Source: Chrysemys picta bellii (lineage: Eukaryota). Taken from it: DNA of 64,000 nucleotides. Positions within the stretch are counted from its first letter, which is position 1. Each line of letters begins with the position of its first letter. The notes under the pieces are model-generated. The model saw nothing but the letters and a program-made list of their open reading frames with translations. It searched no databases and had not been told where the DNA came from. The position numbers were made by a program, and so were the translations under genes. Location of the stretch: the NCBI RefSeq assembly GCF_011386835.1, contig NC_088799.1, positions 100,316,001-100,380,000 of the forward strand, given 5' to 3'. Shown piece by piece: positions 48,036 through 59,997 of the stretch.

Positions 48036-48788
48036 CAGTGTATTTATTATCAGGAGTCAAGGAGTTTAGGACCACACCTGTCATATATATATGTTTAAAT
48101 ACCAAAACCTTATATGGATGGAAATATTTCTGTGCGCTGCTTTTTTTTGTGTTAAAGTCAGTGAAAGCAGTTTTTCGTTTGTTTTTAAACATTGCCTTAG
48201 AGTCCTAGCAATGGTCACGCTCACCATTGTTCTAGTGCATGAGAACAAGCAGAGGACACTGACTGGGGGTTCTCCACACAGGAAACGGTTACCGGTTATA
48301 CCAGTTTAACCCTCACACGGGCACTCTTATTCTGGTAGCACCATTGCTTTTATTAGTTTATCTGAACCCCCTTCCTGAGTCAAATAAGCTAAGCTGAAAA
48401 AAAAGCAAAACTTATACTGAAATAAGAGTGTCCACGTGGGGGGGTTATACCAGTGTAAATTCACACCTAACCGTTACCAGTATCATTTTCCCATACAGAG
48501 AAACTCTGGGTTGTTTTAATTGTCCAAATGGACTGAAATGGAAAAAAAGAGACAAACAGCACAGATGGATAAAAAGTGAGGTTGATTTTGAAGTTTACCA
48601 CTGTAATAATCTATTACTTAGCAATGTGGGTAAAGGACAAGTATATTACTTTTAACCTGGCAGTATCCCTTTTAAATAGCTAATGTCAATATACCAATGT
48701 TATATAGTGTACCAATATATTTTAAATGTTTGTGTATATCACAATATGTGGCGCAGGTAGCAATGCCGATAGTTAAGATTGCCTAACG

Positions 48789-49190
48789 CAGGGGTGGCCA
48801 ACCTGCGCCTGAGAAGGAGCCCGAATTTACCAATGTACATTGCCAAAGAGCCACAGTAATACATCAGCAGCCCCCCATCAGCTCCCCGCTTGCTCCCAGC
48901 GCCTCCCGTCCCCAGCAGCCCTGCCAATCAGCGCCACCCCATCAGCTGTTTCCTGGCGTGCAAGTGGCTTGGGGGGGGGAGGGGAGGGAAGGAGCAAGGG
49001 CACAGCAGACTCAGGGGAGGGGGCAAGATGGGGTGGAGTGGGGGCAGGGCCTGTGGCAGAGCCAGGGGTTAAGCAGTGAGCACCCCCCGGCATATCGGAA
49101 AATTGGTGTCTGTAGCTCTAGCCCCGGAGTTGGTGCCTAGACAAGGAGTCGCGTATTAACTTCTGAAGAGCCACAGGTTGGCCACCCCTG
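48789..49190. mobile_element. hAT (Charlie-like) MITE (402 bp)
   Basis: Perfect 17-bp TIR CAGGGGTGGCCAACCTG...CAGGTTGGCCACCCCTG; TSD GCCTAACG/GCCTAACA (7/8). Confidence 0.92.
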
Positions 49191-51426
49191 GCCTAACACT
49201 TTGTGATCATGTCATTAAAGATGGTATCATCATGCATATGCACAAGGAAGCAGAATACAGGTTGCACAAGGAACCTTAAGTCAGGTGTTTTCTACTTTTT
49301 TGAGTGCTTGACTTTGCAACCTTAACATTCTGAAATGCAGATTTTTGTTATTCTTTCTCTCTATATATTTGTAATTTTAGGACCACTTGTATTCAAGCCT
49401 ACTGTTTCAGAAGAACTGTGTTGTACTGTCACAATGTATTACTGGTGGTGGAAAAACAGTTTGTTATTCACTCAAGAAAAATAAATCCTTGACCCTACTC
49501 AAGACCTGTTCAGTAGTGGCGCCGTTCACTCCTTGTGAAAATGAGTGGGTGGGAAAACAGTCTACTCTGACTTTTCTTCTGGCTATGTGAACTGTGCAAA
49601 GCATACAGCCTTTCAATAGATGGTTGATAAAGCTCAGCTACTCCTCTACTTGCAGTTTGCAAGCCCCTAAAGAAGCACCAGTTGCAAACATGAAACCAGA
49701 GTCTCCCACTCACTGTTTGAGAAGGACATACCCTTTCACAGCCTCTATTTGCTTGGGGAAAATGTGCTTATCTGTATTCATATGATTTATTTCTTTAGAT
49801 TAATTTGTCAAATTGGCTTGCTACCAAGCTCACAGTAAAGTCTCTGTTTTCATGGGACTATCCTAAACCACATGGAGTTTCGCTGCTTGTTTGTTTTCTG
49901 AAGCTGGATTTTTATCTAAATTGTAAACTAGAATTTGGCTTTGCTTTGCAGATGTAGGGCAGCCCACACTGTTTTGATGTGCAAGCAAAATATTGCCTTC
50001 TTAGAGTTCAAGGTGAACTATTAAATCAGGCCTTCTGGAGCTAGAGAAACAAAACCAGACTAGTCAGGGGAGTATATTAGGAATGTTTCTATTCATCTAT
50101 GCAGGCATGTAACCAAAGCAGGAGAGACACGGTAATAATAATCAACAACTTGAGGGAATTTGCTTTTACATGGCATTGGGGAATACAGGAGGGTCATATC
50201 ATTGATCCATTCTTTCCTTAACTATGAATATACAGTGATAACATTTAAATCAAGCTCCCTGAGATAATCAATGCAGAAGGTGGATGAGAATTCAAGATTT
50301 GCCTCTCCCCATTCTGCTAGGACATGTCCCTCTCCCAAGAGTTCAATACGCCACTTCGGCTACTTATTTAGGATTCTACATATCAAAATGTTCTATTCCT
50401 CAGAAAAACTGCATGAAGATCATAGTGATCTTGCCTCTCTCGATACTGCACAAAGGATACCCAAGCAATACATCTTTCCTACCATGCTTGTATCTACAAT
50501 TCCATCAGATTCTTAGTGCTCTCCATTTCAGAACTGCAACAATTTTCAACCTCATGATTGGTGCTTGCAATAGCATGACCATTTATTGAAACAAACAAGG
50601 TGGTGATGCTGTTAGCAGAATAGTCAGAGCTCCATTCAATAATAAGGACAAGCTACCTCAATATGGAACATTAACTAACAATTATTACTGAAAGAAATTC
50701 ATTCGTGTCTTCACCTAAAAAGAGCTACATAAAGAACATTTTTTTAGGTCAGATAATAATAAAAGACAGTAGGGAATCCAGAATAACTAACATGAGTGCT
50801 AGCTGAATCATTAATAAATGATTTATTAGACTAATTTCACCATTTTTTCCTGTTTGTCAATTGCCATAAGCAGATCCCTATATTCTCAAATTTGTTACTG
50901 GAAATTAAGTTTCTGCTCATATTTCTTGACCTCCAGCTCATTTGTAAGACGTGTGTTGAGAATATTCAGGGCTGAAAATTTAAAATTCAAGCTGTTTTAA
51001 CTGTACACATAAGTCACACATTTTCTTTCCTGCCGAGGATACCTCAGAATTGTTTATGCACAAATTTTCACTGTTTTAGTTCAACTGATGCAAACCCCGT
51101 ATGGGCACGTCCATTTCAGTTTAAAGAGACTTATTTAGTTTTAGCTTAAACAAGTTCCTAACCTACTTAAACCAACTAGAGGAAGCTTGGTTTAAACCAT
51201 AACAAGAGCATCCATTCAGGCTTTTGCACCAGATTAAAAAAAAATCACATCTTTAATTGAATCAGTGCAACTCTGCATGTAGACACACCCTTAGGCTCAG
51301 GTGTCTGGTGCAAATACATTTAAGAATCTAAAATTCACTTCCATTAGTAGTCTCCAATATTTGCTTACAATTCCATGTTTTTGGCAAACGGTCCTGCAAA
51401 GTCATATGCTAGAATATTTGTGGAAA

Positions 51427-51531
51427 AGGTGAAATTCTCTCTCTGCAGAGGGTTAGCACAGGTTCTAATCACTAGTTACACTCGATTTTGAGTGGAACTT
51501 AATTGGCCTTTTGCAGGGGTGAATTTCACCC
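51427..51531. repeat. About 105-bp element with GGTGAAATTC...GAATTTCACCC termini
   Basis: Same family as 37609-37712. Confidence 0.55.
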
Positions 51532-52868
51532 AAAGCAAACACAGTAAGGATGTGCACAGAACATTGTTAAAGACTGCCGGTTTAAAAATTGGAACATGTA
51601 TTTTCAGAATATTTTTTTCGGGTTCTGCTCAGCTCTAGCAATGGCATCTCCCCAACCCTGAGCCCCTGGACCTACTCAGCCCCATGCCAAACCTAACACA
51701 AACCCACGTCACTGATGTTCATGGGACTGAGAGAGAAAAACAGTTGTTAGCTATATGCTGCTCCAGGCCTAGGGAAAGTGAGTAATGCCTTAACTTTCTT
51801 GAGTGCTGGCTTGTGTCGTAATATTACTGGAATGTCATGCTCATGTAAAGATCAGAGTTGGACAAATAGTGGAAAAATTTAATAATGAATTATTATGCAA
51901 TGAAAAAAATGCCAAAATGTGCAAAGAGCATTAATCACAACAAATTATACAACCAGCTCTAATCAAGGTTGGATTCTAGAGGCTTTTCTATTGAAATTCA
52001 CACAATATTCCGTCTCTGTTCATTGCACAACATTAAGTGAACCAAGACTTCTTTGCTGTACGGATTCCCCAGTGTCTTTGGAGACAGTCACTGCTCTAGT
52101 GCACCAGAGCAGCCCTTTCTCTAAATAAGGAGGTTCACAGGAAATAAGAACACAGTTTGCATGTGTCAGCAATTTTATCTTTACTATCAAATCCAAGCAT
52201 GACTCATGCATATTCCTCACATGCCATTCTCTCCAAACACTGCTCTGTTAATTCAGTCCTTTTCCTTCATGAGGAATTTTAGATTACCATGTGTGTAATG
52301 GTAAGACTGGAATCAGACACATTGTTGTTTAGTTTGTGCTTACAATCAGTTACACTTTGTCTTCTTTTTTCGTGCAATGCAAAGAGGGCAAGTGACAGTG
52401 TATACCAGCACTGAAAAACGAGCATACCAATCTCAGTGTCCTAAGAAGGATGAACTAGTCTTTAACCTGCACTGGAGAAATTGGCAAGTATTTGCAGTGT
52501 GTATTATCTAGCAGAGGGCCCAGACCAATGCCCTAGATCTTCATACCCTCAAATTTTGGGGAAGCTTAGATCTTGATTGCATTCCCTGTCCCTAATCCCA
52601 GTTCTGAACACCCCTGAAATTTAGGGACATTTGGACTGGATCCAAACTTTGTGACTTAGACTCATCCATAATTTTATCTAAACTCTGTAAATAAAGAATG
52701 TTCTGGGGTGAAATCATCATATAGGAAATATGAGGAAAGGGTCTGATGAGCACACTGCATAGAACACATTGATTAGGGAAGGTAGAAAGGCCTCCTGGGA
52801 AACTGGTAGCTGAAGGGAAGTCTCCATAACTCTAAATTGCATCTGAGTCGCCTAAGAATATGAAGAGC

Positions 52869-52985
52869 TGGTCTTGTAGTTAAGGCACAGGACTCAAGAG
52901 ATCTGGTTTCAATGACTACGTTACTGTGAGCAAGACACTTAATTTCTCTGCACTTCAATTTCTCGCCTGTAAAATGGGGACAATA
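52869..52985 (+). mobile_element. MIR/CORE-SINE
   Basis: tRNA-like head GGTCTTGTAGTTAAGGCACAGGAC followed by core CACTTAATTTCTCTGCACTTCAATTTCTCGCCTGTAAAATGGGGA. Confidence 0.7.
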
Positions 52986-54505
52986 TTTCCTAACTGTCTT
53001 TGTTTAGTTTGTATTTTGTTCAGGGCAGGGGCTCTCCCTTCCTATGTGCCCAGCATAGCAATCTCAGTTGACTAGTTAATCATCAGTGTGCAGTGCTAGA
53101 AGGAGTCATGCTAACTTTTTGATATAATTTAATTCCTGTTCTGGGATGAATAACACCCTGTTATGCCAGTAATAGACTCTAGATATCTTTCCATGGAAAT
53201 GTGAGTCAAACTGTGCGGTGGTTCTGAAAGAAAGATAACTGGAACTAGGATGAAGCCATCAAGCACATATTTTACTTTTGACTTGCGCTAGGATTTTAAA
53301 CTCCTCCCCAGAGGTTGAAGGACAAAGCTAACTTTGTGCAGGTCTGTTTTTGTAAGCACTACTCAACTTGAACAAGGGAGTAGCTAAACCGGTCTCAGAG
53401 TACTTTTTTTTTTTTTAGACAATTCTGCAAATCATTAGTTGGGACTATTTGCATATTTTGTTTGTTCAACATTTAGGAAAGACGGTTTTAATTGCTCAGT
53501 CAGTTTAAGATCTGTACAAACTAGGGACCCAAATAGCCTTACTCATACAGGTAGCCTCAAGTGAGTAATGACTGCAAGATCAGGCCCTACACAGGAATTG
53601 GAATTACAAAAGGAGAACTACATACCTTAGTTCACAGAAACACAGCACCACTGCAGTCTACATGCAAGAACAGTTTTCCTCAGTGTGAATAACCCAATGG
53701 AAACCACAATGTATGGAATCTTTGGTTCTTGGAGAACAAGCACTGCATCAGAGAAGGAAGCTGCTGATTTCTCTTGTCTATGACGCAGCACGGAAAACGG
53801 CTACACTCTTTTCGTACAATTTGACGGCTTGTCTGCTTCCATTCAAATACAGTATTATATATTAACACTTCATTATGACATCTGCAGACTGAGCCGCCAA
53901 TGAAACCCGTTTTCCCATGAGTGGATATTGAAGCCCTCTCTGCGTGGTGTAGGTGGGCTACACCGGAAGCACATCATTTCTGACCGGCAGCGCAACAAGC
54001 CTGACTTGTTACCTCTTTGACTTCAAGTTCAAAGGCATAGACTGGAATTGTGTTAGGAAGGAGTTATTTGTTCAGCACAACAGGGCCTTTAGCGCTGCAC
54101 AGAACAAGAAGGAGAGACAGGCCCTGTTCTCAAGAAGATGACAACCAATCCAAAGAGCCAGCCAACATCATTCCAGTTTGACACTGACGTAACTCCCCTG
54201 AAATGCTTTACAGCCAGAGAAATACAACAAAGTCACTAAAAGATACAGATCATTTTCCTAACACACACACAGTACAGACAATGTTACTGACTCCTTTGCA
54301 AAGTACTTTGAGATCTGTGGATGAAAAGCGCTATATAAAAGCTCCCATTATTATTAGTGCATATAATATAGGAGGAGTAGGGTGGAAAAGGCTTTATTTG
54401 CAATTATTTTGGGTGACCTGCATCACTTTCTCATGGCTCGTGAATAAGTAGTCATGATAAATGTGTGCCAGCAAAACAGTTATATACTACATCATCTTAT
54501 ATTCC

Positions 54506-54510
<5 letters not shown>

Positions 54511-54564
<54 letters not shown>
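54511..54564. repeat. (AC)27 microsatellite
   Basis: Direct observation. Confidence 0.97.
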
Positions 54565-54567
<3 letters not shown>

Positions 54568-55499
54568 GCCTCACTCAGACATTAACAAATCACAAAAAAC
54601 ATCTGACTCGCTGTGGGTCTGAACTGCAGGTCTTATGCAGACAAAAGTCCCTTTGAAGTAAATGGGGCATTAGCCAGCATATGGACTGTAGGATTGGGTC
54701 CCATATTTATAAGTAGCTACTCCTGTTGGATGTTTTGTGCTCTCTTGCTCCCTCTTGTGCTCTCATGGTTTATTATCACACTGCAGCCAGCCATCATGGA
54801 TCTCAGAAGGCTGCATATTTCTGCTGAACTTGTCTGTGATGCAACTGCACTCACAAATGGCTAGTCAAAAAACAAGAAGTTAATTTCAGAGCTATTAGAG
54901 AATGCAGGAGAAAATATTAATATGTGCCAAACAGAAAAAGGCAGAGGGGCATATCCTGGCTTCAGTGGGTGTTTCACCTAACAACTGCAGAATTAGGCCC
55001 CTAATCAACAGGAAGTGTTTCTATTTCCAATCTTTGTAGAAGGTCTAAAAAGTGAGCTAAAAAAATTAAAACTATTATCTGAAATCTACCCAATGGCGAC
55101 GGCCCAGGAAGAAGCGTAAGTATGAAAATTAAACAAACCTCAAAATACTGGCTGGAGAATATTTGCATAAAATTAAATAGCCTAGGGACACATACAGGGC
55201 ACGGGTTAATTATTGACTAGTAACATTTCAAGCCCAAATGTGCACTGCCTCACACCTTGTATTGTCACCGATACGTATGCAAAATGGATGCAACATGCTG
55301 CTATGTTAGAATGGAAGTGCTTTGCACACGTATAAGGGACACTATAAAGGCATTCGAGTGGAGAATCAGGCCCTTTGTATGTAAAAGTAACAAAAGCCCA
55401 AATTTTGCTCAAAGCCCCCAGTGAAGTCAATAGGAGCTGACAGAATTTGGGCCCAAGAATTTGAATACAAGTTCTAATTTGAAGGCGCACAGATTGTGC

Positions 55500-57410
55500 T
55501 CCCTCTTCTGCACCTTTTCATTTTGTCCGTGCTGACGAAGTCACTTGCTGATAAAGTCCTGCTGCTTTTTGTTTTGAATTAAATATTTACCAGTTTTAGC
55601 TGTAAGTCTTAAAAAAAGCGCTGCTTCACTGCAGACACCGTTAACTAGTGACCGGCCTCTGGGGAGTTCCACTCTCCGTTCAGCAACAGACAGCTGCCAA
55701 GATGCCTCCTCGAGTGACCAAGGTAAAGCGCTTTCATTGCCGGAGTTCCCTTGCCTCAGCCAAGCAGTCGGGGAGCGGTGAGTTGGAAATGGAGATTGAT
55801 CTCGCGGCTAATCCTCCCAGGCTAACGTGCTTTTGAAAAATGCTTCTGTTCATTTTCCATTGTGCTGTCAGGGTCTGACTCTCCAGCTCCTCCGGGTGCT
55901 GCCATTCAGATGTCCTAGTGGTCCCAGAGCAGACACATGAAGACTGCTTGACAGGACTGACTGGCTGACAACACACCCACCGTTAGCAAGGCGGAAAAAC
56001 TAATACCTGTGTCTCTCCCCCCCCCCCCCCACATACACACACACATTCATTCTTCCCCCAAACTTGCAGCAACCCCTAACTAGGGGACTGGCTGACGCAG
56101 AACGCTGTTGCTCTAAACTCATCTGCTGCTAGCTTGTGCTCTGAGCCCAGTCCCACAGTAACAAGGAGGTACCAGGAGGCAGGTGGTGGTGGGGGAATAA
56201 TTTACGAGACCCATTTTGCAGTGTGCTCCCGATTCGGCATGGCCAGGCACGGCTGCTTCCTCCCTCCCCTCCCTGCCCAGACGCATGGAGCACCGTGGGC
56301 CCAGACCCAGCACTCCCCCAAACACTAGTGGCTGTAATATGGCTGCTCCTTATGCAGGCTACACAAAGTGGAGGGCAGTCGGCATCCTCCTATGCCGCTG
56401 CAGAAGGGTAGGGCACAATCCAGCCACTAGAGAGACAGAAACATTTACTTCCATAAGGCACTGAAGCAGGGCCCCCCCCACCCCAGCTGGGCTATGTCAG
56501 CGTGGGGCTGTGGAAGCCAGCAGACCTAGGTCGATTTATGCCGGGGGCCCCAGGGGTCCCATGTCACCACGACTACCTGTAAATACACATTTCCTCTCAT
56601 TCTGGCAGTATTCCCACTTGTCGAGAAAAGGGTTTACATTCTCCTACCCCATGGCCTGCTAAACCCAGGGTTGTGAGTTCAATCCTTGAGGGGGCCACTT
56701 AGGCATCTGAGGCAAAATCAGTACTTGGTCCTGCTAGTGAAGGCAGGGGGCTAGACTTGATGACCTTTCAGGGTCCCTTCCAGCTCTATGAGATTAAAAA
56801 AAAAAAAATTTGCAATGAGAACCACACAAGAAATGGTTTCAGATTTTCTTTAAAAAAAAAAAGGCAAAGAAAGGACCTGATCCCACAAATTCCCCCGACT
56901 CCGGTGAGGAGTTCCAGAGAAACCAATGTACACCATCAATAGGCTACTCAAGGGCCTGAGCTAAGGGAGTAAGGACTATGTGGGTTTGCAGCACTGGGCC
57001 CAACAAGATTATTGCTTCTCACTGTTAGCCTAATCACGTGCGCATTGAAATGAACAGGAGTCCTGACCCTGACCGCTGGGTGTAAGGTCTCGCCCTACGG
57101 TGGCAAGACAGAGATTTCCAATTTGCAACGTTTCTGAGTAGCGACGCTGGCCTGAGCAGTTGCTCTTAATGGTGGATGCACATGCTAGTGCTTAAGGATT
57201 CATCCTTCTACCCATATGCGTTCCATTTTCAAGCTGTTTTTCAGAGCATACGGTTTATCTTTCAAACAAGTGTGGCGTGCTCCGAAAATAACTAAATTCA
57301 ATGGTTCAACTGCACAACAAAGCCCGCTCTTCCTGTTCACTCATGGCTACCTGCCCACTGCACTCCCAGGGGTAGTGCGGCAGAGGCTGCCAAAAAGGAG
57401 GTGAGTAACT
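55500..57410. promoter_or_regulatory. Candidate promoter / first-exon region
   Basis: Locally more CpGs outside recognisable repeats; ATG in GCCAAGATGC context followed by donors AAG|GTAAAG and GCG|GTGAGT; further donor GAG|GTGAGT at 57400. No homology evidence. Confidence 0.3.
56652..56795 (+). mobile_element. Tortoise-type Pol III SINE, 5'-truncated
   Basis: Matches the SINE at 37990-38162 from GGCCTGCTAAACCCAGGGTTGTGAGTTCAATCC to the CR1-like tail; followed by a poly-A run. Confidence 0.88.
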
Positions 57411-57639
57411 CCAGTTTGTCAACTGCAAGTGCTGGAACAAGAAAAATAGAACGCTTTTGAGAAGTTACAAACTCAGCTGACGTCTCTGCAGACGTGGGCT
57501 TTTTATTACATTTCCCAAGACAAGCCCCATTAGAACGAAGGCATGTAAAACACTGACTTCTAACTCCTCCCTATCCCAAAACAGAGACAGAAAGTGATCT
57601 ATATGGCCTGATTCTCATTATTAGTAACATTCATTTCAT

Positions 57640-57846
57640 GTTTCAGAGGGGTAGCGGTGTTAGTCTGTATCAGCAAAAACAATGAGGAGTCCTTGTGGCA
57701 CCTTAGAGACTAACAAATATATTTGGGCATAAGCTTTTGTGGGCTAGAACCCTATTTAGGCATAAGCTTTCGATAGCCCACGAAAGCTTATGCCCAAAAA
57801 AATTTGTTAGTCTCTAAGGTACCACAAGGACTCGTAGTTGTTTTTA
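57640..57846. mobile_element. Very short Penelope-like terminal fragment with inverted arms
   Basis: Matches the Penelope 3' terminus (GTTTCAG...GGCACCTTAGAGACTAAC...GCATAAGCTTT); arms about 57680-57746 and 57774-57846; TSD ATTCATTTCAT/ATTCGTTTCAT (10/11). Confidence 0.85.
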
Positions 57847-58599
57847 ATTCGTTTCATGGTAGCATTCAAAGGCCCTAAGCAGGACCTCTTTGTGCTGGGT
57901 GCTGCACAAACCCAGATAAAAGACAATCCCTGTCCCTTGAACGACTCAAAACAGAGCCCGGGTGGGGGACGGGGCTAGAACACACAAGCAAACGCAGAGG
58001 GAGGTGGAACTGGCACAGCTCGGAGAATTACGTCGTGTGTTATTGGTGTTTGGGTTTTGAATGGGGGTTAGGGGTAAAGTGGTGGAAGGCAGGCATAGGG
58101 GAGTTAGAAACAAGGAAGGGAAGAGGGTAGCCACACCTCACCACCTGCCTAGCTCTGGACAGCAGGCAGTGTTTTGTAGGTGTGGTGACAAAGGTGGGCC
58201 TTAAGGAGGGATCCGGAGGCTCACTGTTGTTTACCCCAAGTGTTCCAGAATGGAGCCAGGACCCCCAAACTCAGCAGTTTTTAAAATAATCAATGTTTGG
58301 CTCATTTGATTTGGCTCCTGCTTTGTGCCCCTTTAGGGTGCACGTGGGTGATGTGTTCAAGCTTTTCTCCTCAACCGTGAGAGCCAGAACCCTTTTTGAA
58401 AAGGAAAGCTGAGATTCTCATCTATTCAAGGGCTGGGGCTTTATTTAAGCAAAATAAAATAGCCAAATATCGGCAGGCCTGTGATAAAACTGAAAGAATT
58501 GGCAACACTGCTTTTCTAGTTTTACCAGGGAATGTTTCCCATGCACAAGGTAAGGCAAAGGACACAGCAGGGAGGCATTTATGGGTGAAGCTGACAGGT

Positions 58600-59530
58600 G
58601 AGGGGGTACAGCCTGGTGGAGCAATGTCAGGGTTGATGTTGTGTTGGGTTCCTGGAACACCTAGGTAGGGCAGGGCTAGCTTGCCTGGTTAGGTCCTTAA
58701 AGGTACAGCCAAGAAGCTTGTGTGTGATGTAGAGGTGAAAGGGGAGCCGTTGCAGGGACACGGAGAGGGGGCTGATGTGGTCAGAACGGCGAGCCAGGAA
58801 TATGAGCTTTGCAGCAACATTTGGAAAAGACGTGAGGGGGCCAGGTTGCAATAGTCAATGCCAGAAAGGAGGAGATGGCAGTAGTCGAGATGTAAAACAG
58901 TGAGGGCCTGGAAGAGAGTTTTCGTTATGTGGCCAGAGAGGAAAGGCCGGGCCTCAGAGATGTCGCACTAGGAAAAAAACAGCTGCCTGGGTGTCTGGAC
59001 CTAGAGATGTCACTTAGGTTCTAGGCCTGAGTGACTGGGAGGATGGTTGTGTTGTTCACAGTCAGAGCCGGCTCCAGTTTTTCTGCCGCCCCAAGCAACA
59101 AAACAAAACAAAAAACAGACCAAAAAAAAAAAAGACGAGCGGTGGCACTTCGGCAGCAGCTCAATCGTGCCGCTTCTTCGGTGGCGGGTCCTCCCTCTCT
59201 TCCTCTTCGGCGGCAATTCGACGGCAGCTCAAAGAGGAAGAGAGGGAATGAGGGACCCACCGCCGAATTTCCACCGAAGACCTGGACGTCCCGCCCCGAT
59301 ACCAGATGGAGTGCCACCCCTTTGAATTGGCCACCCCAAGCACCTGCTTGCTACGCTGGTGCCTGGAGCCAGCCCTGTCCACAATGACAGAGAAATGGGG
59401 CAGAGGAGAGGGCGTTGGGGGGGGGGGGGCAAAGGTCCAAAGCGCAGTTTTGGACATGTTGAATTTGAGATGATGCCTGGACATTCACAATGAGGTGTCA
59501 GAAAGACAGGCTGAGATGATGGGTTGCCTG
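58600..59530 (-). mobile_element. L2-clade LINE 3' fragment interrupted by a MITE
   Basis: Minus-strand MSRHHLKFNMSKTALW (59484) and NVAAKLIFLARRSDHISPLSVSLQRLPF...KLLGCTFKDL (58830-58690). Confidence 0.8.
59063..59377. mobile_element. hAT-type MITE (315 bp) inserted in L2
   Basis: Termini CAGAGCCGGCTCCAG...CTGGAGCCAGCCCTG; TSD TTCACAGT/TCCACAAT (6/8); internal palindrome. Confidence 0.8.
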
Positions 59531-59686
59531 GAGGAAGGCAGCTCATGAGGGGTTAATGGAAATAAATCTGCCAAACTGGATATTTAAAGTTGGTGATGTT
59601 TTTAAATGATCTGATCCAGAAATAGCTTTTGAGGTTAAGTTCCCTTCTCCATCCCCATTCCCGGGGAATAGGCACATCTACTAGAA

Positions 59687-59997
59687 CAGGGGTAGGCAAC
59701 CTATGGCACGTGTGCCAAAGACAGCACGCGAGCTGATTTTCAGTGGTACTCACACTGCCCGGGTCCTGACGACCGATCCAGGGGGCTCTGCATTTTAATT
59801 TAATTTTAAATGAAGCTTCTTAAACATTTTAAAAACCTTATTTACTTTACATATAACAATAGTTTAGTTACATATTATAGACTTATAGAAAGAGACCTTC
59901 TAAAAAGGTTAAAATGTATTACTGGCACGCGAAACCTTAAATTAGAGTGAATAAATGAAGACTCGGCACACCACTTCTGAAAGGTTGCCGACCCCTG
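59687..59997. mobile_element. hAT (Charlie-like) MITE (311 bp)
   Basis: Termini CAGGGGTAGGCAACC...GGTTGCCGACCCCTG; perfect TSD TACTAGAA. Confidence 0.92.

Noticed and set aside
50271-50589. Overlapping ORFs possibly from an old LINE (a YLG motif)
   Set aside because: Only a three-residue motif; no further RT pattern in any frame.
57720-57800. Fifth hammerhead ribozyme
   Set aside because: Only the stem II 3' half, GAAA and stem III are present; the CxGANGA half-core is missing on both arms.
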